DNA from: an uncultured virus (IMG/VR IMGVR_UViG_3300044619_001509)
Taxonomy: Duplodnaviria > Heunggongvirae > Uroviricota > Caudoviricetes
Direction: 5' to 3' (one strand)
IMG/VR virus record: IMGVR_UViG_3300044619_001509
DNA length: 64,000 nucleotides
The first letter of the stretch is position 1, and each line of letters begins with the position of its first letter. Shown in pieces: positions 1 to 8,758 of this stretch. A program made the position numbers and the translations under genes. Under the pieces are notes generated by a model. It was not told the DNA's origin. It made no database searches and saw only the letters and a list, made by a program, of their open reading frames with translations.

Positions 1-159
1 GAGTTCTGTAACTTTGGCGTTCGCAGCGGCTAGTTCTCGCTCAAGTTCTCTGGCGAACCATGCTGGCACGGAAGGTGCGCGGGGAAGACCTCCAGCCGTG
101 TAGGGGTGTTCTGTGACTGAGTCCGTTCTTGGTGTGTTTGTCTTCGGCGTATCACTCAT
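1..159 (-). CDS. Partial hypothetical protein (MSDTPKTNTPRTD...ARELEREL), runs off the window
   Basis: ATG at 159 overlaps the stop of 156..596; shares the MSDTPRTD/ARELEREL motifs with 27289..27585. Confidence 0.65.
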   Translation of the reverse strand, partial: MSDTPKTNTPRTDSVTEHPYTAGGLPRAPSVPAWFARELERELAAANAKVTEL

Positions 160-596
160 GGCTGACCTTCTTTCTTTTGATACAACTTGTTGAATTCGTC
201 AATCAAAGATGCAATGCATCTGGCGCCAAATGGATAAACATCTCCAATACTATCCACTACATCATCTGCATCCACCAAAATCTGATGAATACGCGCCTTT
301 TCCCGCTTGCGCTCTTCCTCTTTTTCCTTCTGTTCGTACTCCTGAATTTTGATTTTCAGAGCCTGGTTTTCTGCGATCAATTGGTTGATCATCTCTCCCT
401 TTGCCCATAACTGATCCTGCGTGATCGGCTTCCCTGACAGTTCTGGCATGTAGCTTTTATTGCAACGCTGATAGTGGTTCTTCCACGCACAGCCACATGC
501 CGAACACCACTCATCCCCTGTCTGGGCAATGCAAGCAACGATTTCTTCTTCGGTGAGTTTTGGTCCAAGATAATCTTTGTAGATCTTTGTGTCCAT
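156..596 (-). CDS. Hypothetical early protein with CxxC motif and coiled coil
   Basis: ORF; TTGACT-16-TACAAT promoter ends 6 nt before the ATG. Confidence 0.8.
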   Translation of the reverse strand: MDTKIYKDYLGPKLTEEEIVACIAQTGDEWCSACGCAWKNHYQRCNKSYMPELSGKPITQDQLWAKGEMINQLIAENQALKIKIQEYEQKEKEEERKREKARIHQILVDADDVVDSIGDVYPFGARCIASLIDEFNKLYQKKEGQP

Positions 597-631
597 GGCG
601 CTATTGTACCTCTGTTGCCTGTGAAGTCAAG

Positions 632-705
632 TGCTTCGGGTGGGACTTGAACCCACGGCCAATCGGTTAAAAGCCGATTGCTCTACCAGACTGAGCTACC
701 GAAGC
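632..705 (-). tRNA. tRNA-Lys(TTT)
   Basis: Full cloverleaf: GCTTCGG/CCGAAGC acceptor stem, ATCGG-CTTTTAA-CCGAT anticodon arm, TTCAAGT T-loop. Confidence 0.95.
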
Positions 706-714
706 AAGAAATTA

Positions 715-978
715 TTAGATTTCTTCTTCGGAATCCAGTTCTGCTTCTCGACTTTCGTACGCCACAAGAATGGAGTGATCAATCACGGAATGCACGGCGT
801 CGAAGTCACCGCAACCCGTTTCGATGAGATCCATCATCTCATCATTCGTGATCTCTTCGGGAACGCCGCTGAAGTCGCGGGCGTCTTCGATTGTGCGCCA
901 GAACGCAATCAGATGCGTGGCGCCTTCTCGTTCGAGCTGGTCAAGGGTAGTGCGAAGGTTGTCAATGGTGATGAGCAT
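715..978 (-). CDS. Acidic hypothetical early protein
   Basis: ORF with its own leaderless promoter (985-1012). Confidence 0.75.
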   Translation of the reverse strand: MLITIDNLRTTLDQLEREGATHLIAFWRTIEDARDFSGVPEEITNDEMMDLIETGCGDFDAVHSVIDHSILVAYESREAELDSEEEI

Positions 979-1017
979 GGTGCTATTGTACTCCTTTGGC
1001 CTCGAGAATCAAGGGGG

Positions 1018-1200
1018 TCAGATGGTGATTTCGGTCAGATCGTCAACAATGGTGATGTTATCGCGCGCCTCGTCCCAATCTTCCGTTTCCTGAAAATGCT
1101 TTGCAACACGATCAACATTGATTGGCTTGTTGCTCTTGATTCGGTAAACGAAAGGAGAGCAATGGCGGAACTCGACAATGGCGATTGCTTCGTACTTCAT
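1018..1200 (-). CDS. Hypothetical early protein
   Basis: ORF with its own leaderless promoter (1207-1234). Confidence 0.75.
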   Translation of the reverse strand: MKYEAIAIVEFRHCSPFVYRIKSNKPINVDRVAKHFQETEDWDEARDNITIVDDLTEITI

Positions 1201-1267
1201 GGTGTCATTGTACTCCTGTTGCCACAGACATCAAGCCATTCAGAGAATTATTTCCTTTTACGAAATC

Positions 1268-1330
1268 TCGCTTGATGTGACTGGCCAATGTGGTATAATA
1301 AGGATAGGTCGTTCGCGGCGCTGTCGAAGC
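1268..1330 (+). repeat. Promoter-core repeat, copy 1 (core forward)
   Basis: TTGATG(1272)-16-TATAAT(1294)-AAGGATAGG...GCGCTGTCGAAGC(1318-1330). Confidence 0.9.
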
Positions 1331-1345
1331 CAAAAAATAAAAGAA

Positions 1346-1510
1346 CCCACCCAAGGCTTCCACAGGGAGATCCTCACCTGCGGTAACCTTGGAGTGGGCA
1401 TTTGTGTGTAGCGAAGGTCGCCGCGCCTTTTCGAGTGTGATATATCACATCTTTTCGTGAACAAAGTTCACCTTAGCCTGCTTGTCAGGTACTACACATT
1501 TTTATTGCTT
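1346..1510. ncRNA. Candidate structured RNA/DNA: long hairpin plus five-way junction
   Basis: CCCACCCAAGG/CCTTGGAGTGGG hairpin (1346-1398); TGTGTAG(1405)/CTACACA(1492) closes four short hairpins. Confidence 0.45.
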
Positions 1511-2092
1511 TTAGAACGGCGGGTTGGACTTAGGCGCACAGTTTCGATAGAACTCTTGGAAACGCCGCTCGTCTCGTTCGCGCATCTTGCGGGCTTCGCG
1601 CTTAATGAGGGCTTCGCGCTCCTCTTCTCCACAGCGTGCATATTCATTCATCTGGTCGTCGCCGTGAAGAAGATCCTCAACCACCTCCTCAAGTTCGCCC
1701 ACATCGGCGCGGAGATTCTCAATGATGCCAAGTGCCCCGTTCATGGAAGCACCAAGGTCACCACCCACCACATCGGCCATCTCAGAAAACTCTTCGCAGA
1801 AGCGGTTGATTGAATCGTTCTCACGGTCGAAGAAGTCGCAGTCTTCCTCTTCGGGATCCGCGAATGGCGGAATCGGCCGCGCGTCACGCTCTTCAAGAAG
1901 CGCCTCAGCAAGTCGGTCGTTATCGCCCGAAACATCGGAAAGGCGAGTGATCAATGCGTCAAAGAAATCCTGCTCAACCAAGCCGAGTTCACCGTTCCAA
2001 GTGGTGTTGATGTATCGCCCAATGGCGAGCAATTCCTTGGTGGTCAGGAGGGCGAAAGAATTACTGTCGAGAATGTTGTCGTAGTTGGTCAT
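1511..2092 (-). CDS. Acidic hypothetical early protein
   Basis: ORF with leaderless promoter (2099-2126). Confidence 0.8.
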   Translation of the reverse strand: MTNYDNILDSNSFALLTTKELLAIGRYINTTWNGELGLVEQDFFDALITRLSDVSGDNDRLAEALLEERDARPIPPFADPEEEDCDFFDRENDSINRFCEEFSEMADVVGGDLGASMNGALGIIENLRADVGELEEVVEDLLHGDDQMNEYARCGEEEREALIKREARKMRERDERRFQEFYRNCAPKSNPPF

Positions 2093-2131
2093 GGGGTCAT
2101 TGTACTCCTGTTGCCTGTGAAGTCAAGTGGG

Positions 2132-2848
2132 TCAGCACTTATAGGTTGAATGAAATCCGAGCTCCGCAGCCGTCCTCTGTGCTGCCTTGCAGCCAGGAAC
2201 CATCCAATCGTAGAGAGCAGAACATCGACCGCGAGGACTCGTCAGAACCGAATGCACACCGAAGTCGATGCACACATGGCGACCCTGCCAGAGCATGAAA
2301 TTGGACGCATGGAGGTCGCCGCCGAGACAGATGCCAGAACCCGAAGGCACAAGAACATCCTTTTCGGAAGCGAAAATGTCATTCAGAAGAGTGCCAGTGA
2401 GATTCACACGGCGCAGACTTCGGCGAAGGTTCTGCACGAACGGAACCTGTGACAATCGCGTATGTCTGATGCCAGTCAGAACTGACTTCGTCTTTTCGTC
2501 AAGCTGTTCCGCTCGAGCCGTCTGATATGCGCCGCGAGTGTACGCGATATTAGAACGCTTATCAACTCGCTTGACGAGAAAGAGACTGCCCACAGGCGGC
2601 GCCAGACCTTCCTGAAAGGCACGGTACTGGCGCTGATACGAAGCCAGGCACTCTTCCACCTTATCGAACATCTTCAAGGCGAACGAATCTTCTTTGTTCA
2701 CTTCCGAATTCATCGGATAGAAGATGGAACTGCAGCCAGAGCGAACACCTTCTTCCAAAGAAAAGTTAAGTTCCATGCCTTCGACATGAAACCACTTGTA
2801 GCCCATGCGTCCGTAGGTGACGCCCGTGATGTAGTCTTCGATCTTCAT
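2132..2848 (-). CDS. Protein kinase-like fold enzyme
   Basis: ALKMF (beta3 Lys), DLHASN catalytic loop, IDFG motif; leaderless promoter. Confidence 0.75.
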   Translation of the reverse strand: MKIEDYITGVTYGRMGYKWFHVEGMELNFSLEEGVRSGCSSIFYPMNSEVNKEDSFALKMFDKVEECLASYQRQYRAFQEGLAPPVGSLFLVKRVDKRSNIAYTRGAYQTARAEQLDEKTKSVLTGIRHTRLSQVPFVQNLRRSLRRVNLTGTLLNDIFASEKDVLVPSGSGICLGGDLHASNFMLWQGRHVCIDFGVHSVLTSPRGRCSALYDWMVPGCKAAQRTAAELGFHSTYKC

Positions 2849-2878
2849 GGTGAGATTGTACTCCTATGGCCAAAGGAA

Positions 2879-3103
2879 TCAAGCTCCTTCGTAAACATCG
2901 TAAGCAGGCTTCTCGCACGAAATGCCGTGGCGAACCGAAAGGTCGATCCGCATCTGAAGCAGCAGCTCGGCCAGATTCTGAAGATTCTGGTCGGTCGCGA
3001 GAGGCGTGCGCCGATCATCCCGCAGCGCGGTCAGAATCATGTACGCAATGTCGAAGATGGCCGCCTGATCTTGCGGGGTGAGGTTGGAGATGTCGTTGCT
3101 CAT
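2879..3103 (-). CDS. Hypothetical early protein (MSNDISN)
   Basis: Start reassigned to the ATG 6 nt below the -10 box TACAAT at 3110-3115. Confidence 0.7.
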   Translation of the reverse strand: MSNDISNLTPQDQAAIFDIAYMILTALRDDRRTPLATDQNLQNLAELLLQMRIDLSVRHGISCEKPAYDVYEGA

Positions 3104-3168
3104 GCTGCCATTGTACTCCAACCGCCCATCACATCAAGCACTTTCGCATTAAAATCTTTTTTAGTTTT

Positions 3169-3228
3169 CTCGCTTGATGCCAGTGGCCAATCAGGTAGAA
3201 TAAGGATAGGTCGCAGCTGCGACAGCGC
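3169..3228 (+). repeat. Promoter-core repeat, copy 2 (core inverted)
   Basis: TTGATG(3174)-16-TAGAAT-AAGGATAGG...GCTGCGACAGCGC(3216-3228). Confidence 0.9.
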
Positions 3229-3243
3229 GATAATAAAAATAAA

Positions 3244-3276
3244 ACCACCCACACGGTCGCAGGGCGTGTGGGTGGT
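3244..3276 (-). terminator. Intrinsic terminator
   Basis: ACCACCCACACG/CGTGTGGGTGGT stem followed by a T-run on the minus strand. Confidence 0.7.
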
Positions 3277-3306
3277 CGATAGGGGACGCTGCGACCGCGC
3301 CTTGTC

Positions 3307-3480
3307 CTACCAGTTGTCTTCCCGCCAGTGATCCCCGTCCCAGTCGCCGTCTTCGGGGTACTCATCCTCGTCATCCGCGTAGGCCATGGCACTGGCCTCG
3401 TCCTCCTCCTCACACCATCGGAGGAAATCTTCATGCGAACCGTACTCGGCGTCTTCCATGTTGTTGTCTTCGGGGTTCAT
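3307..3480 (-). CDS. Very acidic 57-aa protein (MNPEDNN)
   Basis: ORF with leaderless promoter; D/E-rich. Confidence 0.7.
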   Translation of the reverse strand: MNPEDNNMEDAEYGSHEDFLRWCEEEDEASAMAYADDEDEYPEDGDWDGDHWREDNW

Positions 3481-3584
3481 GCGTGCATTGTACTCCATTC
3501 GCCTGTCGAGTCAAGGGGTCTTCGTCACAGAATCTTTGGCTTCTTCGGTTTGGGTTTCTTCGCCATCATACTCCAATGTAATGT

Positions 3585-3649
3585 GCCCCGCCCCTCATAC
3601 GACGAGGGGCGGGGCGTTGGTGTGTAGTGGGGCGTAACCGTTACGCCCC
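3585..3649. repeat. Two strong inverted repeats
   Basis: GCCCCGCCCCTC-7-GAGGGGCGGGGC and GGGGCGTAAC-C-GTTACGCCCC. Confidence 0.85.
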
Positions 3650-3663
3650 TGTCTCGACTTGAA

Positions 3664-3969
3664 TCACTTCGTCGCAGGGCGCTGCTTCGTCGCACCCTTC
3701 GCAGCGACGAGGGACACACCACCCTTGCGTCCACGGGCGAACTGGACGCGAGTACCGAACTGCGTGGTCAGGAGACGGCGCATCGTCGGGACGGACACAT
3801 TCGCGATCTCCGCGAGGGCGCTCAACTTGTTCTGCTCCTTGAGAGCAGCGGTCACAAGCGTCCACACCTGAGCGTTCAGCACGACAGGCGGGCGTCCGAC
3901 AGGGTTCTTCTGCACGGGGGCGTTAGTGGCGACAGGGTTCTTACCGTTGTTGGGAGTCTTGTTGCTCAT
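3664..3969 (-). CDS. Putative winged helix-turn-helix DNA-binding protein
   Basis: LSALAEIANVSVPTMRRLL HTH pattern, RGRKGG wing, N-terminal GRPP. Confidence 0.65.
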   Translation of the reverse strand: MSNKTPNNGKNPVATNAPVQKNPVGRPPVVLNAQVWTLVTAALKEQNKLSALAEIANVSVPTMRRLLTTQFGTRVQFARGRKGGVSLVAAKGATKQRPATK

Positions 3970-4035
3970 GCGATCATTATACTATGTCCTTCGTTCACCT
4001 CAAGCCCCTTGCACGAAGATTTTTTTCGCAGATTT

Positions 4036-4094
4036 CTCGGTTGATGTGATAGGCCAATGTGGTACAATCAAGGTAGGCGGCGCGCTGTCGCAGC
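4036..4094 (+). repeat. Promoter-core repeat, copy 3 (core forward)
   Basis: TTGATG(4041)-16-TACAAT...GCGCTGTCGCAGC(4082-4094). Confidence 0.85.
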
Positions 4095-4169
4095 TGAGAG
4101 TCCGTATAACTCAAAGAGAATGTGTACGAAGATGCTTGATGTGATGGGCGGGTATGGTATACTTCTCGT

Positions 4170-4421
4170 ATGAACACCAACACCCACAACTTCTCCCCCG
4201 TCGAAATCGTTGCAAACCTCGACATGGTCGGCACTCTCCTCTGCACGATCCATAACGGTGTGCCCTGCCCGCCCGAGGTGATGGTGGCTGCGCTCATCGT
4301 CCTCCGCGAGACGCGAGATGAAATCGCGGAGAAGCACGGCATCGGTGATGAGTCGCAGTACCAGTCTGTGCAGTACACGGCTGCCATGATGCTGCGGGAT
4401 TTGGAGGGGGATGAGGGTTGA
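4170..4421 (+). CDS. Hypothetical early protein
   Basis: ORF with a TTGATG...TATACT promoter ending 6 nt upstream. Confidence 0.75.
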   Translation: MNTNTHNFSPVEIVANLDMVGTLLCTIHNGVPCPPEVMVAALIVLRETRDEIAEKHGIGDESQYQSVQYTAAMMLRDLEGDEG

Positions 4422-4451
4422 TCCCTCTGGCCTTCGGAGTACAATGAATCC

Positions 4452-4625
4452 ATGAACAACGGTTTCATCATTCGTCCCCGAACGGATCGCCCCACTCGCA
4501 ACGAAGAGATCCTTGAACGGATCAGGAAGGGAACGCGCTCCAAGACCTGGAGTCGCGGAAACCGTCCCGAAGACGCCCGAGCAGATCGAAGGGCAGCGAA
4601 GCGCGATCTTCGCAGAGAGTTCTAA
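4452..4625 (+). CDS. Arg-rich 57-aa protein (MNNGFIIRPRTDR...), not in the ORF track
   Basis: TTGATC-16-TACAAT-6-ATG; followed by a terminator. Confidence 0.7.
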   Translation: MNNGFIIRPRTDRPTRNEEILERIRKGTRSKTWSRGNRPEDARADRRAAKRDLRREF

Positions 4626-4640
4626 TGACTCTCCATTGCC

Positions 4641-4683
4641 TGGAAGACCCCCTGTGGTGTGGGGGTCTTCCCTTTTTTCTTTT
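4641..4683 (+). terminator. Intrinsic terminator
   Basis: GGAAGACCCCC/GGGGGTCTTCC stem followed by a T-run. Confidence 0.8.
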
Positions 4684-4696
4684 GAACTTTCTGAAT

Positions 4697-4765
4697 CTCG
4701 CTTGATGCCACTGGCGTATGTGGTATAATCAGGATAGGCGCGGCGCTGTCTAACGCTGTCGAAGC
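4697..4765 (+). repeat. Promoter-core repeat, copy 4 (core forward, partly doubled)
   Basis: TTGATG(4702)-16-TATAAT...GCGCTGTC-TAA-CGCTGTCGAAGC. Confidence 0.9.
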
Positions 4766-4780
4766 TGTAGAAATCAAGCC

Positions 4781-5035
4781 TCAAAGCAAGAAATTTGTAT
4801 AAAAAGATCTTGGGGCAGCTCGGTCGATGTCCCAATAAATCAGAATCTCGAGCCCTTCGCTCGTCGTTGTGATTCCCATTCGGTCACGCCAAGCCATCGG
4901 AATGCGGCCACGGGCGTATCGAAACTGTCCATTGGCCTTTCGATACTTGAATAAGACCGTGCGATTCTTTCGCAGGTCGTTTTCAAGTTGAAATGGTCGA
5001 TTTCGGTAACTAAGGTACTGAGCCTTAGGTTTCAT
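4781..5035 (-). CDS. WYL_2/DUF2693-like SH3 beta-barrel protein
   Basis: FKYRKANGQFRYARG ... IYWDID..PRSF pattern. Confidence 0.6.
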   Translation of the reverse strand: MKPKAQYLSYRNRPFQLENDLRKNRTVLFKYRKANGQFRYARGRIPMAWRDRMGITTTSEGLEILIYWDIDRAAPRSFYTNFLL

Positions 5036-5176
5036 TTTGTTTTTCTTCCTCTTCTTTCACAACCTCTTCGAGCCGTTGAATTGTTGGCGTCCAGTCCTCG
5101 AGCCCATCGGCAGTTTCTTGTTTGAGTTGCGCGATTGTGTGCTTGAGCCTTTCCTTGAAAGGAATCATCGTGTCTT

Positions 5177-5806
5177 TCACGATCCATCCTCTGAAGGAAA
5201 CCGCTGGGTTCGATAGGGGACTTCTGCGTTCTTAAGCACATAATCAAAACTCATCTTGGCCTTCTGCTTGTCCTTCGGAACCCAAATCGCAATCTCTTCC
5301 AACGGATAACCGTTAACGAAAAGCCAAGAGTTCATACCCCTATTGGGGTGGGTATCGAGAATGAAGCCGACCTCCTTCAGGATCTTCGGAAATCCGTACT
5401 TCCAACCCGAAGGTGGATCGACCATGATGGCGCCCACGCTTCCGTTCAGATGAGGATTTCTTGCGGAGACAGACGGGCACTCGTCCTCGTAGTCCTCGTC
5501 CTCGTAGTCCTCGTCCTCGTCATCGTCATCGTAGCAGTCTCCAAACTCACCCTCATCATTCACGAGGCCTGTGCTGTAGCCCTCGTGGTCTTTAGAGAGC
5601 GCATCCAACTCGTCCTTAAGATCGGAAATCTGCTGCTTCAGACCCGCGATCTCCTCGTCGCGAGTACCCATGAGGTGCATGGCATCCTCATGGACTCGCT
5701 TCCACCCCTCCAGGTCAGCACGAAGCTTGCTGTTCTCTTCGCAGAGATGGCAGATCGTCCGCAGGGCGTTGTCCATGGTCGTCTGGGTTTCGTAGTAGTT
5801 GCTCAT
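5177..5806 (-). CDS. Coiled-coil protein with an acidic DEDYE tract and DPPSGWKYGFPK motif
   Basis: ORF with leaderless promoter. Confidence 0.8.
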   Translation of the reverse strand: MSNYYETQTTMDNALRTICHLCEENSKLRADLEGWKRVHEDAMHLMGTRDEEIAGLKQQISDLKDELDALSKDHEGYSTGLVNDEGEFGDCYDDDDEDEDYEDEDYEDECPSVSARNPHLNGSVGAIMVDPPSGWKYGFPKILKEVGFILDTHPNRGMNSWLFVNGYPLEEIAIWVPKDKQKAKMSFDYVLKNAEVPYRTQRFPSEDGS

Positions 5807-5836
5807 GGTGCTATTGTACCTCTGTTGCCTGTGGAG

Positions 5837-6133
5837 TCAAGCCGTTTTGTTGAAAGAAAATGCCGCCTTGCCGCCCTGAGTCACTTCAACCTTAGACCAG
5901 TTGAGATGAGGCAGGTATTCGTTTAGGGCACGATTGAATGAAGCCTTGTCCTCAACCGTCTTGTATTGGGTTGGAGGGAACATGGTTATCCACGCCACGG
6001 TCTCCCCTGCGGGAGATGTGTCTGTGTGATGAATGTACGCACGGAAAGAAAACTCCGTATCATCATCCACATTCGAGCCCCATGTCTTCAGACGAAAGTG
6101 CTTATTGGTGGTGGTGACTTCGGAGTGTTCCAT
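5837..6133 (-). CDS. Hypothetical early protein (MEHSEVT)
   Basis: Start reassigned to the ATG 6 nt below the -10 box. Confidence 0.7.
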   Translation of the reverse strand: MEHSEVTTTNKHFRLKTWGSNVDDDTEFSFRAYIHHTDTSPAGETVAWITMFPPTQYKTVEDKASFNRALNEYLPHLNWSKVEVTQGGKAAFSFNKTA

Positions 6134-6198
6134 GCGTCTATTGTACCCATGTAGCCCCACACATCAAGTACTTTCGGAAATATTTTTTTGTGGATTGT

Positions 6199-6256
6199 TC
6201 GCTTGTGGTGACTGGCCAATGTGGTATCATAAGGATAGGTCACGGCCGCGACAGCG
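6199..6256 (+). repeat. Promoter-core repeat, copy 5 (core inverted)
   Basis: TTGTGG(6203)-16-TATCAT-AAGGATAGG...GCCGCGACAGCG. Confidence 0.9.
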
Positions 6257-6328
6257 TTTGAGTCCAAATAACTCCACCCACACTACACCAGTATGGGGGA
6301 GTCGCTTGGTTTGTGTTGTGCGCGGGCA

Positions 6329-6712
6329 CTACCACCAAGAGTAGTAGTAAACCGCGTTCCCGTTGGCGATCTCTTCCCGCGCCTTCGCCACGAATGCCAG
6401 ATCTTCCTGATCCGATTCCACATTCGGCGGATTGTTACCGAAGAAGAATCCCTGAGTCGCAGGCAGACGGCGCTCCCGAATGTCGGCCTCGAGCCGATCA
6501 AGGTCTTCGGGAAGCAGACGGACGGTCGTGCAGTTGAACTCGCTCTCGCCGCCCTTCTGAATGTAAAGATTCTCCATCCATCCGTGCAGGTCGTGATGCT
6601 TTCGCCAATACTGAATCTCTTCGGCCTCCCCATTGGGAAGGCGAACATCGACCATCTTGTCGGCGGGAACCTTCGTTGACGGAACCGAGAATGCGTTCAT
6701 GTCCAAGCCCAT
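6329..6712 (-). CDS. Conserved phage protein (MGLDM...YWRKH.DLHGWM...YYSWW family)
   Basis: Recognisable widespread phage motif; AAGGAG RBS. Confidence 0.8.
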   Translation of the reverse strand: MGLDMNAFSVPSTKVPADKMVDVRLPNGEAEEIQYWRKHHDLHGWMENLYIQKGGESEFNCTTVRLLPEDLDRLEADIRERRLPATQGFFFGNNPPNVESDQEDLAFVAKAREEIANGNAVYYYSWW

Positions 6713-6798
6713 GCGTTTGTCTCCTTGTGTTGAGTCGATTGTATCACACTAGCCACACACATCAAGTACCTTGACGAAAGAAATAAATCTTTGAATCA

Positions 6799-6861
6799 CG
6801 CTTGATGTCACTGGCGCATCTGATATAATCAGGATAGGTGGACTCGCGGCGCTGTCGAAGC
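6799..6861 (+). repeat. Promoter-core repeat, copy 6 (core forward)
   Basis: TTGATG(6802)-16-TATAAT-CAGGATAGG...GCGCTGTCGAAGC. Confidence 0.9.
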
Positions 6862-6970
6862 TGTAAAAAAACCACGCCCAGGCCAATCAAGCGGGCGTGG
6901 TCGAGGCCGATGGAAGACGGCCTTCTTATTAGTCGTTGTCGTTGAGCAGCACGCTCACCTCTTGCGCCAC

Positions 6971-7264
6971 TCATGCGCGCAACTGCTGGCGAATGGTTTC
7001 ATTGCCACTCGTCATTCGGGCGATCTCGGCGTCGTTGCGGAGGTGCGTGTGGATCCTCGCGTCTGGCACAGAGCGCCAAGCCTTCAGGTCGTCACTCATC
7101 TCGTCGACGATGGTCTTCAGGGCGTTGATGGCTGCGTTGTTTGGGTTGTAGATGTCGGCGATGGTGATCTCGGCGAACAACTTGCCGAGCAGCGAGGCAT
7201 GAACAAGTCGGTCTGGCGTCATATTCGCGTCGATGTGCTTGAAGTTGGTGGTGGTGTTGCTCAT
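6971..7264 (-). CDS. Hypothetical early protein (MSNTTTNF)
   Basis: ORF with leaderless promoter. Confidence 0.75.
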   Translation of the reverse strand: MSNTTTNFKHIDANMTPDRLVHASLLGKLFAEITIADIYNPNNAAINALKTIVDEMSDDLKAWRSVPDARIHTHLRNDAEIARMTSGNETIRQQLRA

Positions 7265-7332
7265 GTATGAAGTATACCATAGGTGCCTGTCACATCAATA
7301 CCCTTCGCAAAGGAAATAAATCTTTCTTTTCT

Positions 7333-7395
7333 CGCTTGATGTCACTGGCGCATCTGATATAATCAGGATAGATGAACTCGCGGCGCTGTCGAAGC
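7333..7395 (+). repeat. Promoter-core repeat, copy 7 (core forward)
   Basis: TTGATG(7336)-16-TATAAT...GCGCTGTCGAAGC. Confidence 0.9.
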
Positions 7396-7466
7396 CGACA
7401 AAAATGACAAGACCCCCGTACTACTCTTCGGGGGGTCTCGCCAGAGGAATCGCCACCACTAGCGAC

Positions 7467-7769
7467 TCACTCATCAGGAAGATCAGGCAATCGTCGGGCG
7501 TCTTGAACCGAGCCGCGCTCTCGCAAGGACGGTTCGAGCCAGCTGCGCCCTTGAAGGTTCGTGTATGCGTCTTCGATCAGAAGAGCAAGTTCGGGCGCAT
7601 TGCCCGTCAGCTTCTCTTCGTTGAAGAATCCATCCCAGTCGAAAAGGATCACGGATGCGTTTCCGATGCGCGTCTCAAGATCCTTCACTTCAATCTTGAG
7701 CGCGGCGTTCTCTGCCTGAAGGCGAAGAATCTGATCCTCGTAGCTGGACTTTGTTTGCTTGTCGCTCAT
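7467..7769 (-). CDS. Coiled-coil protein, paralog of 20498..20764
   Basis: ILFDWDGFF..TGN...LA..I.DAY..L.G motif shared with 20498..20764. Confidence 0.8.
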   Translation of the reverse strand: MSDKQTKSSYEDQILRLQAENAALKIEVKDLETRIGNASVILFDWDGFFNEEKLTGNAPELALLIEDAYTNLQGRSWLEPSLRERGSVQDARRLPDLPDE

Positions 7770-7799
7770 GGGATCATTGTACTCCTTCTGCCTGTGGAA

Positions 7800-8087
7800 T
7801 CAACCACAATCAGGACGAGAATCGGGATTGTACGGAATATCCAAAGACCACGCTCCGCTCTCGTTCTTTCCGAAGTTGAGAGTTTCCATCACTTGCAGAA
7901 CTTCGGGAGAATCTGAAAGATTCTTTTCCCATTCGTAGATCGGTTCGGAAGAACCAATAACACGAACCGTCTGAACAAACCACAGAATCTCGTCATCCAC
8001 CACCTGCGAACGCAGATCGACATGGTATCCGATATCGTCAACCGTGAGCGTGAGCGTGAGTGTGAGGAGTGGTGTGGTGTTGCTCAT
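7800..8087 (-). CDS. Hypothetical early protein (MSNTTPLL)
   Basis: ATG 6 nt below TATAAT. Confidence 0.7.
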   Translation of the reverse strand: MSNTTPLLTLTLTLTVDDIGYHVDLRSQVVDDEILWFVQTVRVIGSSEPIYEWEKNLSDSPEVLQVMETLNFGKNESGAWSLDIPYNPDSRPDCG

Positions 8088-8155
8088 GGGATCATTATAC
8101 CATGCTAGCTGCACACATCAAGCACTTCCACAAAAGATTTATTTCTTCAAATGTA

Positions 8156-8212
8156 CGCTTGAGGTGACTGGCCAATGTGGTATAATAAGGATATACCCCG
8201 CCGCGACAGCGC
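8156..8212 (+). repeat. Promoter-core repeat, copy 8 (core inverted)
   Basis: TTGAGG(8159)-16-TATAAT-AAGGATA...GCCGCGACAGCGC. Confidence 0.9.
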
Positions 8213-8282
8213 CTTGAGTGTAAATAACCCCACCCCGTACGAGACACGGGGTGGGGTTGAGATTTGTTTGAGTTGTTCGGGA

Positions 8283-8690
8283 TCAGTCGATGGGAGTCAC
8301 CGTAACTCCCACCACCGTTCGCTTTCCCTTGCAGGAACGCTCCTGCTGCGTCCGCATCATCGTCTTGAGCGCAGCAATCTGCGCGTCCCGTGCGGGATTC
8401 GCTTGCACCGCTGCGAGTCGCGTCCTCACAGCGTCCTCACCTTCCGACACAAGATTCGCAATCCCTTCCCGCACCGCACCGCACGATGCGTAGAGCAGGA
8501 AGAGAACCTGCTCAGGACTTCCCGCAGTCCAAATGCTCTGCGTGTAGTCCTCACCCTTGCGGATGCACCCGCGAACGCGAATCGACAGATCGAAGTTGTT
8601 ATCACCTGCGACGAGCGGGAGTTCCTTCAGCATCTCCGCTGCTGCGCTTGCGAGATCGTCCTTACCGATGTTGTGAGTGGTGTTGCTCAT
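8283..8690 (-). CDS. Hypothetical early protein (MSNTTHNIG)
   Basis: ATG 6 nt below TATACT. Confidence 0.75.
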   Translation of the reverse strand: MSNTTHNIGKDDLASAAAEMLKELPLVAGDNNFDLSIRVRGCIRKGEDYTQSIWTAGSPEQVLFLLYASCGAVREGIANLVSEGEDAVRTRLAAVQANPARDAQIAALKTMMRTQQERSCKGKRTVVGVTVTPID

Positions 8691-8758
8691 GCACACAGTA
8701 TACCACACCCTTCCCACACCTCAAGTACCTTGACGAAAGAAATAAATCTTTCTTTTCT

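Noticed and set aside
3525..3569. Micro-ORF MMAKKPKPKKPKIL
   Set aside because: Only 14 codons, weak RBS spacing and no own promoter; cannot be supported.
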